Of a DNA stretch of 64,000 nucleotides, positions 12,860-25,366 are shown piece by piece. How positions within the stretch are numbered: position 1 is the stretch's first letter; the number at the start of each line of letters is the position of its first letter. Source of the DNA: Octopus sinensis (taxonomy: Eukaryota); the NCBI RefSeq assembly GCF_006345805.1, contig NC_043006.1:38192001-38256000 (forward strand), in the 5' to 3' direction. Both the position numbers and the translations under genes were made by a program. Under the pieces are notes generated by a model, which searched no databases, was not told the DNA's origin, and worked only from the letters and a program-made list of their open reading frames with translations.

Positions 12860-13260
12860 AATCCTTTCTACTATAGACACAAGACCCAAAATTTTGGAGG
12901 AGAAGAGTTGTCTATTACATCGACTCCAGTGCTTCACTGGTACTTAATTTATCGACCCCGAAAAGATGAAAGGCAAAGTCGACCTCGGCGGAATTTGAAC
13001 TCAGAACGTAAGAACGGACGAAATACCTATTTCTTTACTACCCACAAGGGGCTAAACACAGAGAGGACAAACAAGGACAGACAAACGGATTAAGTCGATT
13101 ATATCGACCCCAGTGCGTAACTGGTTCTTATTTAATCGACCCCGAAAGGATGAAAGGCAAAGTCGACCTCGGCGGAATTTGAACTCAGAACGTAACAGCA
13201 GACGAAATACGGCTACGCATTTCGCCCGGTGTGCTAACGATTCTGCCAGCTCACCGCCTT
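12860..13260 (-). mobile_element. tRNA-derived SINE family B (dimeric)
   Basis: Reverse complement of head AAGGCGGTGAGCTGGCAGAATCGTTAGC, B-box GAGTTCAAATTCC and body GGTCGACTTTGCCTTTCATCCTTTCGGGGTCGAT. Confidence 0.85.
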
Positions 13261-13325
13261 TTCGTCTGATAAAATCTCAGTCCTCAGTATTTGATTTCTT
13301 TTACTTGCAATATATCATTGCTAAT

Positions 13326-13724
13326 AGGGCGGCGAGCTGGCAGAATCGTTAGCACGCCGCGCGAAATGCTTACCGATATTTCGTCTGCCGCTACGTTCTG
13401 AGTTCAAATTCCGCCGAGGTCAACTTTGCTTTTCATCCTTTCGGGATCGATAAATTAAGTACCAGTTACGAACTGGGGGCGATGTAATCAGCTTAATCCG
13501 TTTGTCTGTCCTTGTTTGTCCCCTCTATGTTTAGCCTCTTGTGGGTAATAAAGAAATAGGTATTTCGTCTGTCTTTTACGTTCTGTGTTCAAATTCCACC
13601 GAGGTCGACTTTGCCTTTCATCCCTTTGGGGTCGGTAAATTAAGTACCGGTTTCGTTCTGGGGTCAATGTAATCGACTGGCCCCGTGCCCCAAAATTTCG
13701 GGCCTTGTGCTTAGAGTAGAAGAG
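13326..13724 (+). mobile_element. tRNA-derived SINE family B (dimeric), full length
   Basis: A-box and B-box head; 17-bp TSD AATATATCATTGCTAAT at 13309-13325 and 13725-13741. Confidence 0.92.
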
Positions 13725-13864
13725 AATATATCATTGCTAATCATAATTAGCTCCCACTTTAGACCAACTTGCAATTACTTGAGCTACCCTGAGTAAGATA
13801 TGAAACAGCTAATATAGAACAAATCAACTACAACAACAAAGACAATAATAATAATAATAATAAT

Positions 13865-14440
13865 AATAATTCTTTCAAAATTTGGATCAAGACCGGTAGT
13901 CTTAAGGAGAAGGGATTAGTCGATTGTGTCAACATCAGTACTTGACTGTTACTGTGGTTTTCAATTATGAAAGGGTGAAAGGCAAAGCAGGTCTCGGCGG
14001 AATTTGAACTCGGAACATAAAAGTGGTGGGACAAATGCCGCAATACATTTTCCCCGACGCTCCCATGGTCCTCCCAATCCAACATTCTCTAATAATAATG
14101 GTTTCTGATTTAAGGCAGCGAGCTGGTAGAAACGTTAGCACGCCGGGGAAAATGCTTAGCGTTATTTCGTCTGTCTTTATGCTCTGAGTACAAATTCCGC
14201 CGAGGTCGGCTTTACTTTTCATCCTTTCAAGGTCGATACATTAAGTACCAGTTGCGCACTGGGGTCAATCTAATCGACCCCAAAATTTCGGGCCTTGTAC
14301 CTAGAGTAGAAAAGAATGATGGTTTCTGATTTAGATACAAGGCGGTGGCTGGGGTGGTGGAGTATTAGTTGATATCATTGATTCATTGCTCGACTGGTTC
14401 TTCATTTTGTCGAATCGGAAAGGACGAAAGGTAAAAACAA
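13865..14440. mobile_element. Nested cluster of SINE family B copies
   Basis: Minus copy 13870-14085; plus copy 14112-14316 flanked by an ATGGTTTCTGATTTA duplication and inserted in the tail of another minus copy. Confidence 0.75.
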
Positions 14441-14482
14441 CAAGAACAATTATAAAAATAAATAAAAAATCGCATTTGGTAA

Positions 14483-14498
14483 TTTATTCACTTTTATT
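14483..14498 (-). terminator. Candidate polyadenylation signals of the LRR gene
   Basis: Two AATAAA hexamers (14493-14498, 14483-14488) lie 25-40 nt after the stop codon and are followed by a T-rich tract on the minus strand. Confidence 0.5.
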
Positions 14499-14522
14499 GT
14501 TTTGAAAGTTATTCTATAATTA

Positions 14523-16136
14523 TTACGAGTCAGTAATAATGGCTAGAATCACAGACAAAGTAACGAGGCAATTTAATATTGCCCGAGACATCATACCTCT
14601 ACTAGCTTTGCTTTCATCTTGCCAGTCACAGAAAATACGTTCAGTTGAACCACAAGTTTTTTTAAGAGTGAGACCAAAGGACTCGTTCAGCTTGTAACCG
14701 TGGTAGTTTGCGGGTGTGTAACACGAGCCATTCAGGTGCTCCACCGAGCCGCTGTTTATGATTCTTTCCACCTTGCAAGAACAGTCAATAGGGTTTTCGC
14801 TGAGGTTCAATTCGTAAAACGTACATTGCGGTGCCTGGACTACAAAGGTAACATCATCCACTTTATTACCAGCAATATCGAAGACAATTGGCCGCTTGAG
14901 GATTTTGAAGGCTTTAGGGGATATACGACGTATCCTCATAGAGCGCATGACGATGTTCCTGGCTTTAAGACCGCGGAAAAACTCTTCATCGATGTTTTGG
15001 AAATTGTTGTACGAAACATCAATAAAGGTTAATTTACGTAAATGTTTCAAAGCTTTAACAGGCATGTGATCTAGTTTGGTGTTTTTCATGTACAGTGTGA
15101 CCAGGCTGTCTTCTAGCCCGGAAAACATGTCCTCTTCAATTTCAATTCGGTTACCACTGATGTCCAAAGTCTTTAGTCTGAAGGTACCATTAAAGGAGTC
15201 ATTGGCCAGATAAGAAATTCGATTGTCGCTCAGGATAAGGGTCTCCAAAGAATCCATATATTTTAAACCGTGGATAGGGACTGCTGGCATATCGTTATTA
15301 CTGAAGTCTATCAAACGAAGTGAGTTAGCCAGTCCTCCAAACGAGTTTTTGTGAATGGATGTTGTTGACAGTAACTGATTCGATACTAAATACAACTCAC
15401 GGAGATCTTTCAGGTTTTGGAATGTATTTTCCGGGATAGTGTTGATCTGATTCGAATTCAATACGAGTTTTCTTAATTTCCTCAAGCGAGAAATCTCCGA
15501 TGGTATTTTAGTGAGAAAATTCTTAGAAAGATCCAGTTCTTGTAATTGATCCAATTCTACAAAGGCTCCCCAGGAGATGCGAAAAATCCCACACGACTTG
15601 AGACTTAACTTGTTCAAAGAAAGAAGTCTTAATCCACGGAAATAACCACCAGGAAATGGGATTAACCAGCCGCCATTTTTATCTAAAACTAGTTCACGAA
15701 GCTGTATCATATCATGTAAGAAATACAACTGTTCTTGGAAATTAATTCCCATCTCGACCAAAATGATTTTCTGTAAATAATCTCGGATGGGTTGTAATGC
15801 ATGTTTATGAATGGTCAAATTTTCACTGTAACTAAAGTCAAGAATTTCAATTTTTATATTGGGAAAAGCATTCGGTGGAATCGTACCAAGCGAGTTATTT
15901 CGAAAATCTATTAGTCTTACTTTCGACTTGTCATGAAACTTCAGTTCTGGAAATTTAGACAGGCCACGGGAAGAGCAGTTGACCATGAGAAGAAAGTCAA
16001 GAGTCATTTTGTCGACAGCCACTGAGCAGTTGCAGGGAAATGTTGATGGACATTCCAACACAGAGCCAGACCAAACTCTCGCAACAAGAACGCTGCCCAC
16101 CAAGCCCAGCCATGTGAATAGCAGTACAGCGTTCAT
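14523..16136 (-). CDS. Extracellular leucine-rich-repeat protein, 537 aa, probably GPI-anchored (chaoptin/connectin/slit-like LRR-only architecture)
   Basis: Long ORF in non-repetitive sequence. It has a hydrophobic signal peptide MNAVLLFTWLGLVGSVLVARVWSG, LRRNT CPSTFPCNC...VNCSSRGL, over a dozen LxxLxLxxNxL repeats (LQELDLSKNFL, LRKLVLNSNQI, LETLILSDNRI, LKTLDISGNRI) and LRRCT NPIDCSC...SCYTP. The hydrophobic C-terminus ILNCLVTLSVILAII has no cytoplasmic tail. An in-frame TGA 9 nt upstream fixes the start codon. Confidence 0.93.
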   Translation of the reverse strand: MNAVLLFTWLGLVGSVLVARVWSGSVLECPSTFPCNCSVAVDKMTLDFLLMVNCSSRGLSKFPELKFHDKSKVRLIDFRNNSLGTIPPNAFPNIKIEILDFSYSENLTIHKHALQPIRDYLQKIILVEMGINFQEQLYFLHDMIQLRELVLDKNGGWLIPFPGGYFRGLRLLSLNKLSLKSCGIFRISWGAFVELDQLQELDLSKNFLTKIPSEISRLRKLRKLVLNSNQINTIPENTFQNLKDLRELYLVSNQLLSTTSIHKNSFGGLANSLRLIDFSNNDMPAVPIHGLKYMDSLETLILSDNRISYLANDSFNGTFRLKTLDISGNRIEIEEDMFSGLEDSLVTLYMKNTKLDHMPVKALKHLRKLTFIDVSYNNFQNIDEEFFRGLKARNIVMRSMRIRRISPKAFKILKRPIVFDIAGNKVDDVTFVVQAPQCTFYELNLSENPIDCSCKVERIINSGSVEHLNGSCYTPANYHGYKLNESFGLTLKKTCGSTERIFCDWQDESKASRGMMSRAILNCLVTLSVILAIITDS

Positions 16137-16153
16137 GTTCTTTCATGCTGCAT

Positions 16154-16190
16154 CTGAAAAATAAATAAATAAATAAATAAATAAATAAAT
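16154..16190 (-). promoter_or_regulatory. 3' splice acceptor of a 5'UTR intron of the LRR gene
   Basis: Minus strand reads (TTTA)n TTTTTCAG|ATGCAGCATGAAAGAACATG; the AG lies 17 nt upstream of the start codon. Confidence 0.7.
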
Positions 16191-16231
16191 AGAAAAATAG
16201 ATAAATATATAAACAACAACAACAACAATAA

Positions 16232-16440
16232 TAATATTTTCTACAATAGGCACAAAGCCTGAATTTTTTGAGGGGGAGGATTGCCGATTACATCAACCCC
16301 AGTGTGTAACTGGTACTTATTGCCTTTCAAGGATGAAAGGCAAAACCAACCTCGGCGGAGTTTCAACTCAGAATGTAAGGACGGACGACGGACGAAATGC
16401 CGCGAAGCATTTTGCCCGGTGTGCTAACGATTCTGCCAGG
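16232..16440 (-). mobile_element. SINE family B
   Basis: GGATGAAAGGCAAA...CTCGGCGGA...AACTCAGAA...GCTAACGATTCTGCCAG. Confidence 0.8.
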
Positions 16441-16479
16441 TTACAGCCTAAATTTCCAAAATTGAAGAAAGAGGAAGAA

Positions 16480-16815
16480 AACAAACAAAAAATACAATTC
16501 CTTGAAATTTGAAACAGGAAGAATTTGGAGCATGCGAACAGTAAAGGTCGTACCTATTATAATTGGTGCACTGGGAACAGTAAGTAAAGGTATAGACAAA
16601 AAATGGCTGAAGGAGATTCGAACAGAATGCCCAGTAGAGCTCCTACTGAAAGGTTGTCTCTTAAGGACAACAAAGATTATCAGGAGGGCTCTAAGTACTT
16701 GAAAGACAGCGGGAAACTTGTGGATACCTAAGGTTACAGGTAGTAACCCGTTACCTACATAAATCGTACCAGGAAGAAGACCAAACCTGAGCCAAACCAA
16801 AATAAGAAGAATAAT
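16480..16815 (+). mobile_element. 3' end of an R4/Dong-like LINE (ORF end, 3'UTR, TAA-type tail)
   Basis: KFETGRIWSMRTVKVVPIIIGALGTVSKG...CPVELLLKGCLLRTTKIIRRALST*; homologous to 10995-11136. Confidence 0.8.
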
Positions 16816-17035
16816 CCTTTCTATTCTAGGCATGAGGCCTGAAATTTGGGGGAGGGGAGGGGTTAAGTCAATTGTATCGACCCCATTACTCAACTGGTAC
16901 TTAATTTATCGACCCCGAAGGGATGAAAGACAAAGTCGACCTCGGCGAAATTTGAACTCATAACGTAGCGACGGGTAAAATACCGCTAAGCATTTCACCC
17001 AGAATGCTAACGATTCGGCCAACTCATTGCCTTCA
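16812..17035 (-). mobile_element. SINE family B
   Basis: Same body and head as other family B copies. Confidence 0.8.
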
Positions 17036-17200
17036 TAATAATAAGAATAATGACGACAGAAACACATAAATAACGGAATGCAATTATAATGAAGTAAATA
17101 TGAAAATATGTAGCAGAGACTAACGTATTTAGGTATCTATTTTTCTGTTTTTCAGTCTGTTTGTGTATGTATCAATTAAGCTTGCTAGCTAATACACACA

Positions 17201-17265
<65 letters not shown>

Positions 17266-18569
17266 CCCAACACATATACATTCACACACCCACAAATAGC
17301 TTTTGTTTATGCTGAGGTGTGTAGATAAAAAATATCAAATACAATTTTTTTGAAAGAAGTGTATAGATTCATATATGCTAACTCCGGTTTCGGCCTATAG
17401 AGTCTGCTGTAAGATGGCTTTCGTTAGTGTACATGTTGAAGATTTTGTTAAAGAAAGCAACTGTAAAATTAGCCCAGAAAACATGTATAAGCTCTTCAAG
17501 GGCCACAAGGCAAATATATTGTAAGGACAAATTCAACTCGAAAAGCATTTAATACCGGGCTGGTGTCTGCATCAGCAACATATTAGTAAGCAATTTCGAT
17601 TTTGCAAAATACTCCTAGAAGATCGCCCACATCAGTACAAAAACGCAGCCCATATTTACCACCAGGAAAAGATATCTGCATGTTCAAAGCACATTTGGAA
17701 ATTGAGAGAGATGAAGATAAAAACTGCATCCCATGAGCAGTTTTAGATAAGACAGTAATTTACAAATGGCACAAATTTATGTGGCTTGTACCTCATACAC
17801 ATGCCCTATATCATACCCCATCTTTCCTCAACCTTGTATGAAGAAACTGTCAATATATACCCAAATTTCTCATTGAAAAGTTTAAATGAAAACCGTTTTT
17901 ATGCATGACAAACGACAAACGATTAACAAGTCATCTTTACTGTTTGTACTGCCTAAAAATATGAAATATCTTATTTTCAGATCAGGTGACGTGTAAGGTC
18001 GACTGGCCGGCCGAACGAAACCAAGTGGGTATGTAATCTATTTTTGTATACCTCTCTCACATGCACATATATACACATGTACTCTTACATGCACAAATTC
18101 TTTCTTTTTCACTCTCTCACTTTCAACGACATACATGTACACGTGCCAACATGCATATATAAACATGCACTACTCCACACATAAAGTTTGAACATGGTTC
18201 TAAATAGTTAACCTATGTATTTATGATATTCATAAATTAGCATTTATCATATTATAGTCATTTGCTAAAGTTGTTGCATCTAGAAAATATGTATCAATAT
18301 TACTAATACACAAACTCACACACAATGAATTACTTTATTTTTAATTTCCTCTCCTCCCTCTGGCTTCATTTCTTTTACATACACTTCTCACGGAACAATT
18401 TTAGCGCTCGAGTTGTCTTATCAATTACATTGATACTTGACATTACACGATTTAGTAATTGATTACCACGTAGACTGATAGCCGAGTCTGTAAGAGAAGC
18501 TTACTGTATTAGCTGCGCGATTCTCTGAATCCGTATCTTATACTTCTTATTTATACATATATGCATGTG

Positions 18570-19379
18570 AGATCTTTTCCGTTTGGCTGCGACTTAGAGA
18601 TTTCTTCAATTTCTGTTCTAATTGATTTCATACTTGGTGTAAAGATGTAATTTTGTATGTTAATCATTGACTTGAAATTCATTTTCGCCATGAATCAACA
18701 AATAAAGAGTTAACAGCTTTTAAAGTTTTCAAATTTTGGGTAATTTTAGCTATTCGTAAGTCACAGATATATTCATGCCTGCTTCCGTAGTATCAAACCA
18801 AACATGAGAACCCTTTTGTCTGCGAGAATGCACATGTGTTAACAAATATATTCTACGCGAAACCACATGCCCGGATGTTGTGTTCTGTTTTGCTGCTTGT
18901 GCCCAGCTGTTGCTCGTATCCCGGTCGTGAGATGTGCTAGATATAATAGCTAAACAGGCCTAAAATTATGCACATTATTGGGGGTAGGGTTTACATAAAA
19001 GTATGAATTCTCGTGTGTAGAATACAAATTCGCAAAATTTTCTAAAAATTCCAAAGAATAAAAATATTTATGAAGGGTTTATATGTTATTCGTAAAGCAG
19101 AATTTGATTTATTTACAGTCTCATATTAAAACACATGCTATTTTCAGAATGATGACAACACGTGCACTCACGTACAAAATGACAGCTTCCATGTCCTGTT
19201 TTCCGAGTGAGTAAGAACTATCAAACTTTAAAACTCTCACTATATATTTTTAAAATAATTTCTGGAAAAAGTGAAATATCTCTCGGGATTCAGCGTGAAA
19301 AATTACATCAATACACCAAATTTTAAAATTTTCACTAAACTTTGAGATTTCTTCGGGTCGAGCGAAACAGAAAAGATTC
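18570..19379. mobile_element. Old TIR element with GATCTTTT termini (related to the 11137 element ends)
   Basis: Left AGATCTTTTCCGTTTGGCTGCGAC...TTGGTGTAAAGATGTAATTTT versus reverse complement of right GAATCTTTTCTGTTTCGCTCGAC...TTGGTGTATTGATGTAATTTT. Confidence 0.55.
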
Positions 19380-19485
19380 TGCATGTATGTATATGCACAC
19401 ACCACACACAAACTTACATACATGCATGGATGCATACATACATACATGCATTCATTCATACATACATATGTGTGTGTGTGTGTTT

Positions 19486-19681
19486 GTGTGTAACTTTAAA
19501 ATTTTTTGCAAAAGAATTCTTGATACAGTCACAATATTTGAAGAAATAATATCTCAAAATAAAATTGAAATATATAAAAATATCATAGAAGAAAAAAAGA
19601 ATAGCACGAACCTGATTTTCTAATATATTTTTCTATAGTTAATAATTTTCATTTTAAGAAAACCGTTTATATCTATCTATT

Positions 19682-19780
<99 letters not shown>

Positions 19781-20058
19781 ATCTACCCTTAAGATTTATA
19801 TAGATAATTTTTTTCTTAATATATATACCCGCGCGCGCATGTGTGTAACTTTAAAGCTTCTTGCAAAAGAATTCTTGATACATTCACAATATTTGAAGAA
19901 ATATTTTCTTAAAATAAAATTTATATGAAAACATCCTAGAAAAACAGAATAGCACGAACTTGTTTCTCTAATTTATTTTTCTATAGTTAATAATTTTCAT
20001 TTTAAGAAAACCTTTTCTATCTATCTATCATATTTATAGAGATAAAAAATTTCTTAAT
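19486..20058. repeat. Local tandem duplication (two diverged copies)
   Basis: GTGTGTAACTTTAAA...GCAAAAGAATTCTTGATAC...CTATAGTTAATAATTTTCATTTTAAGAAAACC occurs at 19486 and 19841. Confidence 0.85.
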
Positions 20059-20449
20059 AGGCGCAGGAGTGGTTGGTAAGCAGCTTGCTTACCAACTACA
20101 TGGTTCCGGGTTCCGTTCCACTGCGCGGCACCTTCGGCAAGTGTCTTCTACTACAGCCTCGGGCCGACCAAAGCCTTGTGAGTAGATTTGGTAGACGGAA
20201 GCTGAAAGAAGCCTATATATATATATATGTGTGTGTGTCTTTCTATGTCTGTGTTTGTACCCCCACCATCGCTTGACAACCGAAGTTGGTGTGTTTACGT
20301 CCCCATAACTTAGTAGTTCGGCAAAAGACACCGATAGAGTAAGTACTAGGCTTATAAAGAATAAGTCCTGGGGTCGATTTGCTCGACTAAAGTCGGTGCT
20401 CCAGCATGGCCTCAGTCAAATGACTGAAACAAATAAAAGAATAAAAGAA
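20059..20449 (+). mobile_element. tRNA-derived SINE family A (internal TA/TG microsatellite, TAAAAGA tail)
   Basis: AGGCGCAGGAGTGG head, GGTTCCGGGTTC B-box region, GCTTGACAACCG body, CAGCATGGCC..CAGTCAAATGACTGAAACAA end. Confidence 0.9.
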
Positions 20450-20690
20450 TATATGTGTGTGTGTGTGCGCGTAATTCTTTCTTGGAACAGCAGATCGCGA
20501 AGAAGGTAATAAATCTATGAATAATGGTGTGTAACTACCGGATTTTTAAAGGAAAAAAAAAACTTTGGACAGCCGAAGTTTGTATGTACATCCACTACAT
20601 GCTATTATTTATAACTGTATCATCTTCTTTGAGATCCATACTTTCAAAAAAGAATCATTTCATGTCCTCTCAAAGTTTATAGATTCCTAT

Positions 20691-20725
<35 letters not shown>

Positions 20726-21363
20726 CTACTCTTGGGCAGGTCCAATGCATGTGAACCTTCTCCAGCAGACTATACAATCTTGAGAAAGGCCCGTGACCCC
20801 CACCTGCCGCTGTTAAGTAGATTACTGGAATTTTGGTTTTCCGTTGCCTCCTTCAGGTAGGTGGGATTTGAACTCAGAATGTTAAGAAGTAGAGTATATT
20901 ATTATTTTATTAATGACTAACGTGCAGCTTTTATTGTGTCTATCGTAGGTATTCTTGCTCATAATTAGTTGTAAACAAGATAATTAATATTGTAAACAAG
21001 CTAGAAAAACAGCCACAAGAAGAACAAAATATAAATTAATTCTTATTAGAAACAGCAATTACATGTTTTACGAGAAGTATTAACAAGAGAAATATGATAT
21101 GGTACAAGCCACCATATACCAGCAATGTGAAAAATAAACATCTTTTAGATTTATATCTCTTTACTTATTTCAATCAGTGGTCTGCTGTCATGCTGCAGTA
21201 CTGCCTTGAAGAGTTTAGTTGAACAAATCGACCCCAGTACTTTCTTCTTTTCAGCTTGGGACTTATTATATCGATCTATTTTTGTCGAACCACTATGCTA
21301 TGCGGGCGTAAACTAACCAACGCTGGTTGTCAATCGATGTGAGGATACACACATACTCATGCA

Positions 21364-21440
<77 letters not shown>

Positions 21441-21442
<2 letters not shown>

Positions 21443-21760
21443 ATTAAGAGAAATAACCTCTATTAAGCAGTTCAATGGTGAAAGACATTATCCATATTAA
21501 ATAGAACAAATTTAAACATACTATAATAAATATTATTTAAAAAATCAATAAATTAAATAAACATTTTTTGATATTTTGAATAATATTTATTATAGTATAT
21601 TAAAATATTTTCTATTTAATATGGATAATGTCTTTCACTACTGAACTGCTTAATAGAAGTTAATTCTCTGAATTATATACATATATTATATATTGTGAAA
21701 TTTGATTTAGAATTGCTAAATTGAAATTTTCCCTGTAAGTTTGGAATTACATTCCCTACT
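21441..21760 (+). mobile_element. Penelope-like remnant: hairpin plus tail inserted in (TA)n within a family A SINE
   Basis: Inverted repeat 21441-21675, then tail CTAAATTGAAATTTTCCCTGTAAGTTTGGAATTACATTCCCT shared with 42010-42095. Confidence 0.65.
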
Positions 21761-22648
21761 ATTATATATATATACATTTATATATATATACATACGACGG
21801 GTTTCTTTGAGTTTTCGTCTGTCATATCCATTCATAAAGCATTGGTCGGTCCGAGGTTATAATAGAAGACACCTACCCAACGCCCCATGCTGCCAAACCA
21901 AATTGTTGGTAGGCAAACTTCTTACGCATGCGCCTACAACTTACTCCTGCGCCTGAGAAATTCTCTTCCATTACAAGGTACTATTTCATGTTTCAATTAA
22001 AGAAAAAAGTAAAATGAATTTTTTGCTACATTCTAAAGGAATCCAGGGCTATAAAATTAATTTGTTTTTATTCAAAGTAATATCATTTTCAAAATTCTAT
22101 TAAAAAAATATAAAGGAAAATTTGTTTTCTAAATCAGGCGGTAAGACAAGTGTCATGTAACAATGAATAATATGTGACCTCTTATTACGTCAGATGTCAT
22201 TACTTGTTTCAGTAATTAGACTGCGGCCATACTGGGGCATAGATTTCAAGAACTTTTAGTCCAATAAATCGACCCCAGTACTTTTTTTAAAGCCTGATAC
22301 TTATTCTATCGGTCATTCTTTCCGAATCGCTGAAATGCAGGGACGTAAATACACGAACACCGGTTGTCAAGCAGTGGTGGTGGAGGGCACAAACACAGTC
22401 ACACACACACATGTACACGATGTGGTTCTTTTAGTTTCTGCCTACCAAATCCATTCACAAAGCCGAGGCTATAGTAGAAGACACTCGCCCAATGTACCAC
22501 ATAGTGGGACTGAACCCGGAACTAAGTAATTTGGAAGCAAGCTCGTTACCACACAGCCATTCCTGTTATTTTATTCTAGTGAGGAGTTGAGTTGGCTACT
22601 CAAGTTTGAATATATAAAACATTGAGGTAAAGGTTTGTACTATCACAC

Positions 22649-22689
<41 letters not shown>

Positions 22690-22818
22690 ACACACACACA
22701 CATACACACACGCACACACGTACACACACACACAGATACACATACAATTCATACATACATACACACACATACACACACTCACAAACCATCAAGAAGTATT
22801 TATCCATGAGACCGGTTT

Positions 22819-23045
22819 ATTAAGTTGTCAGATAAATTCGTTCGTTTCTTTACCGCGTGGGTTGCCATCGTCACATGTCAGCATAAAGGTAAAATTTACT
22901 CAAATTTTCAAAACATTGTAGAAGAATAGAAGAACAAAAATATTAAACACTACGATCAAGATATTTTTCGTGATATTTCGAATAACGTTGGAAAACAAAG
23001 AAACCTACAACAACAAAAACGAGTGAATTTATCTGACAAGCTAAA
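22819..23045. mobile_element. Mariner-type MITE
   Basis: TIRs TTAAGTTGTCAGATAAATTCGTTCGTTT ... AAACGAGTGAATTTATCTGACAAGCTAA. Confidence 0.7.
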
Positions 23046-23627
23046 ACATATTTCTGTATCACCCAACCTTTCTCTCTTTAACTTCTGCTGTATGAATGAT
23101 ATCCCATGGCGCCACAGCTAAACCTCGACACCGCCAATCTATCTAGTCCCAGAAGGAAGACCACCTATGGCAATGGGTTCCTTGAGAAACAGCACCCCCC
23201 AAACCAAACTATACTGCATTCTTCATAAATATTTACGTCACCAAAGAATGTTGTCAGGAGCTGCAATAACAGAAATAGACTGGTACATTTGTTTGCAGGT
23301 TAGAAATAGGTCTACGGGGAAAACATGTAACCCTAATCTTTTATTAGAGCCCCTAACGTCATTCGGCTAATCTGTCATTATATACCGCCCTTAATTATTT
23401 CTTTTTCTCTCTCTTGCTAACGCGCGCGCGTGTCTGTACATATGCGCGTGCGTGTGCATGTACATAAGAATGTACAATGCAAAACGGATACACAATTATA
23501 TAGAAATATTTTATTTATAAATATACATCAATTATACACTTACACACGCTCACACATACAAACATAAACATACACACGCATATATATATATATATACATA
23601 TACACACATATCTCTCTCTCTCTCTCT

Positions 23628-23673
<46 letters not shown>

Positions 23674-23718
23674 CTCTCTCTCTCTCTCTCTCTCTTTCTA
23701 TATATATATATATATATA

Positions 23719-23791
<73 letters not shown>

Positions 23792-23888
23792 GTGTACATA
23801 CATCTATGTGTATGTATGTGTTCATATATATATTTATGATATTTATGTAAGAATATATATACGATATTTATATAAGATTTTATATAAG

Positions 23889-23928
<40 letters not shown>

Positions 23929-24213
23929 CACACATATCTATCTATCTATATAAATGATATTCATATATATAAATGATAGTCATGCATGATAAAACATATA
24001 TGCATACTCAGGTCTATAAATAAGTAGGCGCGCGCACGCACACAAACACATACACATATATCTAGGAATATATATGAATATCAATGTTTATATATATATA
24101 TATATGTGTTAGTATTTATGTATATATGAGCATTATTTATAAACATGCGGATGCGTCTATATATAGGTATGGTATTTATGTCTCTTTCACTCCCCCCCTC
24201 TCTCTCTCTGTAT

Positions 24214-24252
<39 letters not shown>

Positions 24253-24361
24253 TGTATTTACGTATATATATATATATATGTACATGCATAGAGAGTTTCA
24301 GAAATGTAAACGCGCGCACATACTCATACGTTTGCGCGCGCGTACACACTGTGTGTGTGTG

Positions 24362-24392
<31 letters not shown>

Positions 24393-24876
24393 GTGTGTGT
24401 GCGCGTGCGTGCGTGTGTCTGTGTCTGTTTCTGTCTGTCACTGAGAGTGTGAAAGTACAGAGAAGTTAGCTTGTGATTTCTTTACTCGCATGTATGTTTC
24501 TCATGTGGAGTGATGACGAACTTGTCATCCACGCACCTGTACTCTAAGGCAAATATTTTACTACCGTGTTGAATTCTATAATAACTGGAGTTATCTCAGC
24601 GGTGATGTGCAATATCTGTGTGTGTGGTGTGTGTTTCTATGTAATGTATGCATGTATATATGTATGTATGTATGTATGGATGGATGGATAGATGGGTGGA
24701 TATCTTACTTGGGTAGAGAATTCGGCAGAAGTGTTTGAGTAGAGCCGGACCAAATTGGTGGTCATACCAGATCGTAGTGGAAATGTCGTAAATAGGCATA
24801 CAAGTATAGTTCTATATTTAAGAGATGAGGAATTATTTACATTTGACGGATATTTGTCCTCATCTTGTTTGTTATT

Positions 24877-24922
24877 AACACAACGTTTCAGTTGATATAC
24901 CCGCCAACCTTCATCAGGTGTC
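24877..24922 (-). ncRNA. Type I minimal hammerhead ribozyme (inverted copy)
   Basis: Minus strand GACAC CTGATGA A GGTTG-gcgggtatat-CAACT GAAAC GTT GTGTT. Confidence 0.8.
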
Positions 24923-24969
24923 TTGGGGAAATTTCGAACCTGGGTTCTCATTCCTAAGGTATTTTTCAA

Positions 24970-25005
<36 letters not shown>

Positions 25006-25110
25006 CCAGGTCACTGTCTGGAATCAAATTATCGGGCACGGGCATATGGCGTAGTGATTAAGAGCGCGGGCTACTAACCCCAAGATCCGAGTTCGATTCC
25101 AGGCAGTGAA

Positions 25111-25161
<51 letters not shown>

Positions 25162-25320
25162 CAGAGCATCACAACAAATCACAGCACATACCCAAGGCAC
25201 ACAGAGCTGTGCTCGGTAGTGAAGTGAAAGCACGCTATAAAAATAAAACTACTGAATAATAATAATAATAATATCGAAAAATACCTTAGGAATGAGAACC
25301 CAGGTTCGAAATTTCCCCAA

Positions 25321-25366
25321 GACACCTGATGAAGGCTGGAGGGTATATCAGTCGAAACGTTGTGTT
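25321..25366 (+). ncRNA. Type I minimal hammerhead ribozyme
   Basis: GACAC CTGATGA A GGCTG-gagggtatat-CAGTC GAAAC GTT GTGTT: intact core, stems I and II, and palindromic AACGTT in place of stem III. Confidence 0.8.

Noticed and set aside
14700-15032. 110-aa plus-strand ORF
   Set aside because: Antisense shadow of the LRR CDS.
25040-25112. Possible tRNA gene (likewise the heads at 31870 and 53050)
   Set aside because: A and B boxes are present, but there is no complete acceptor stem or oligo-T terminator; these are SINE heads.
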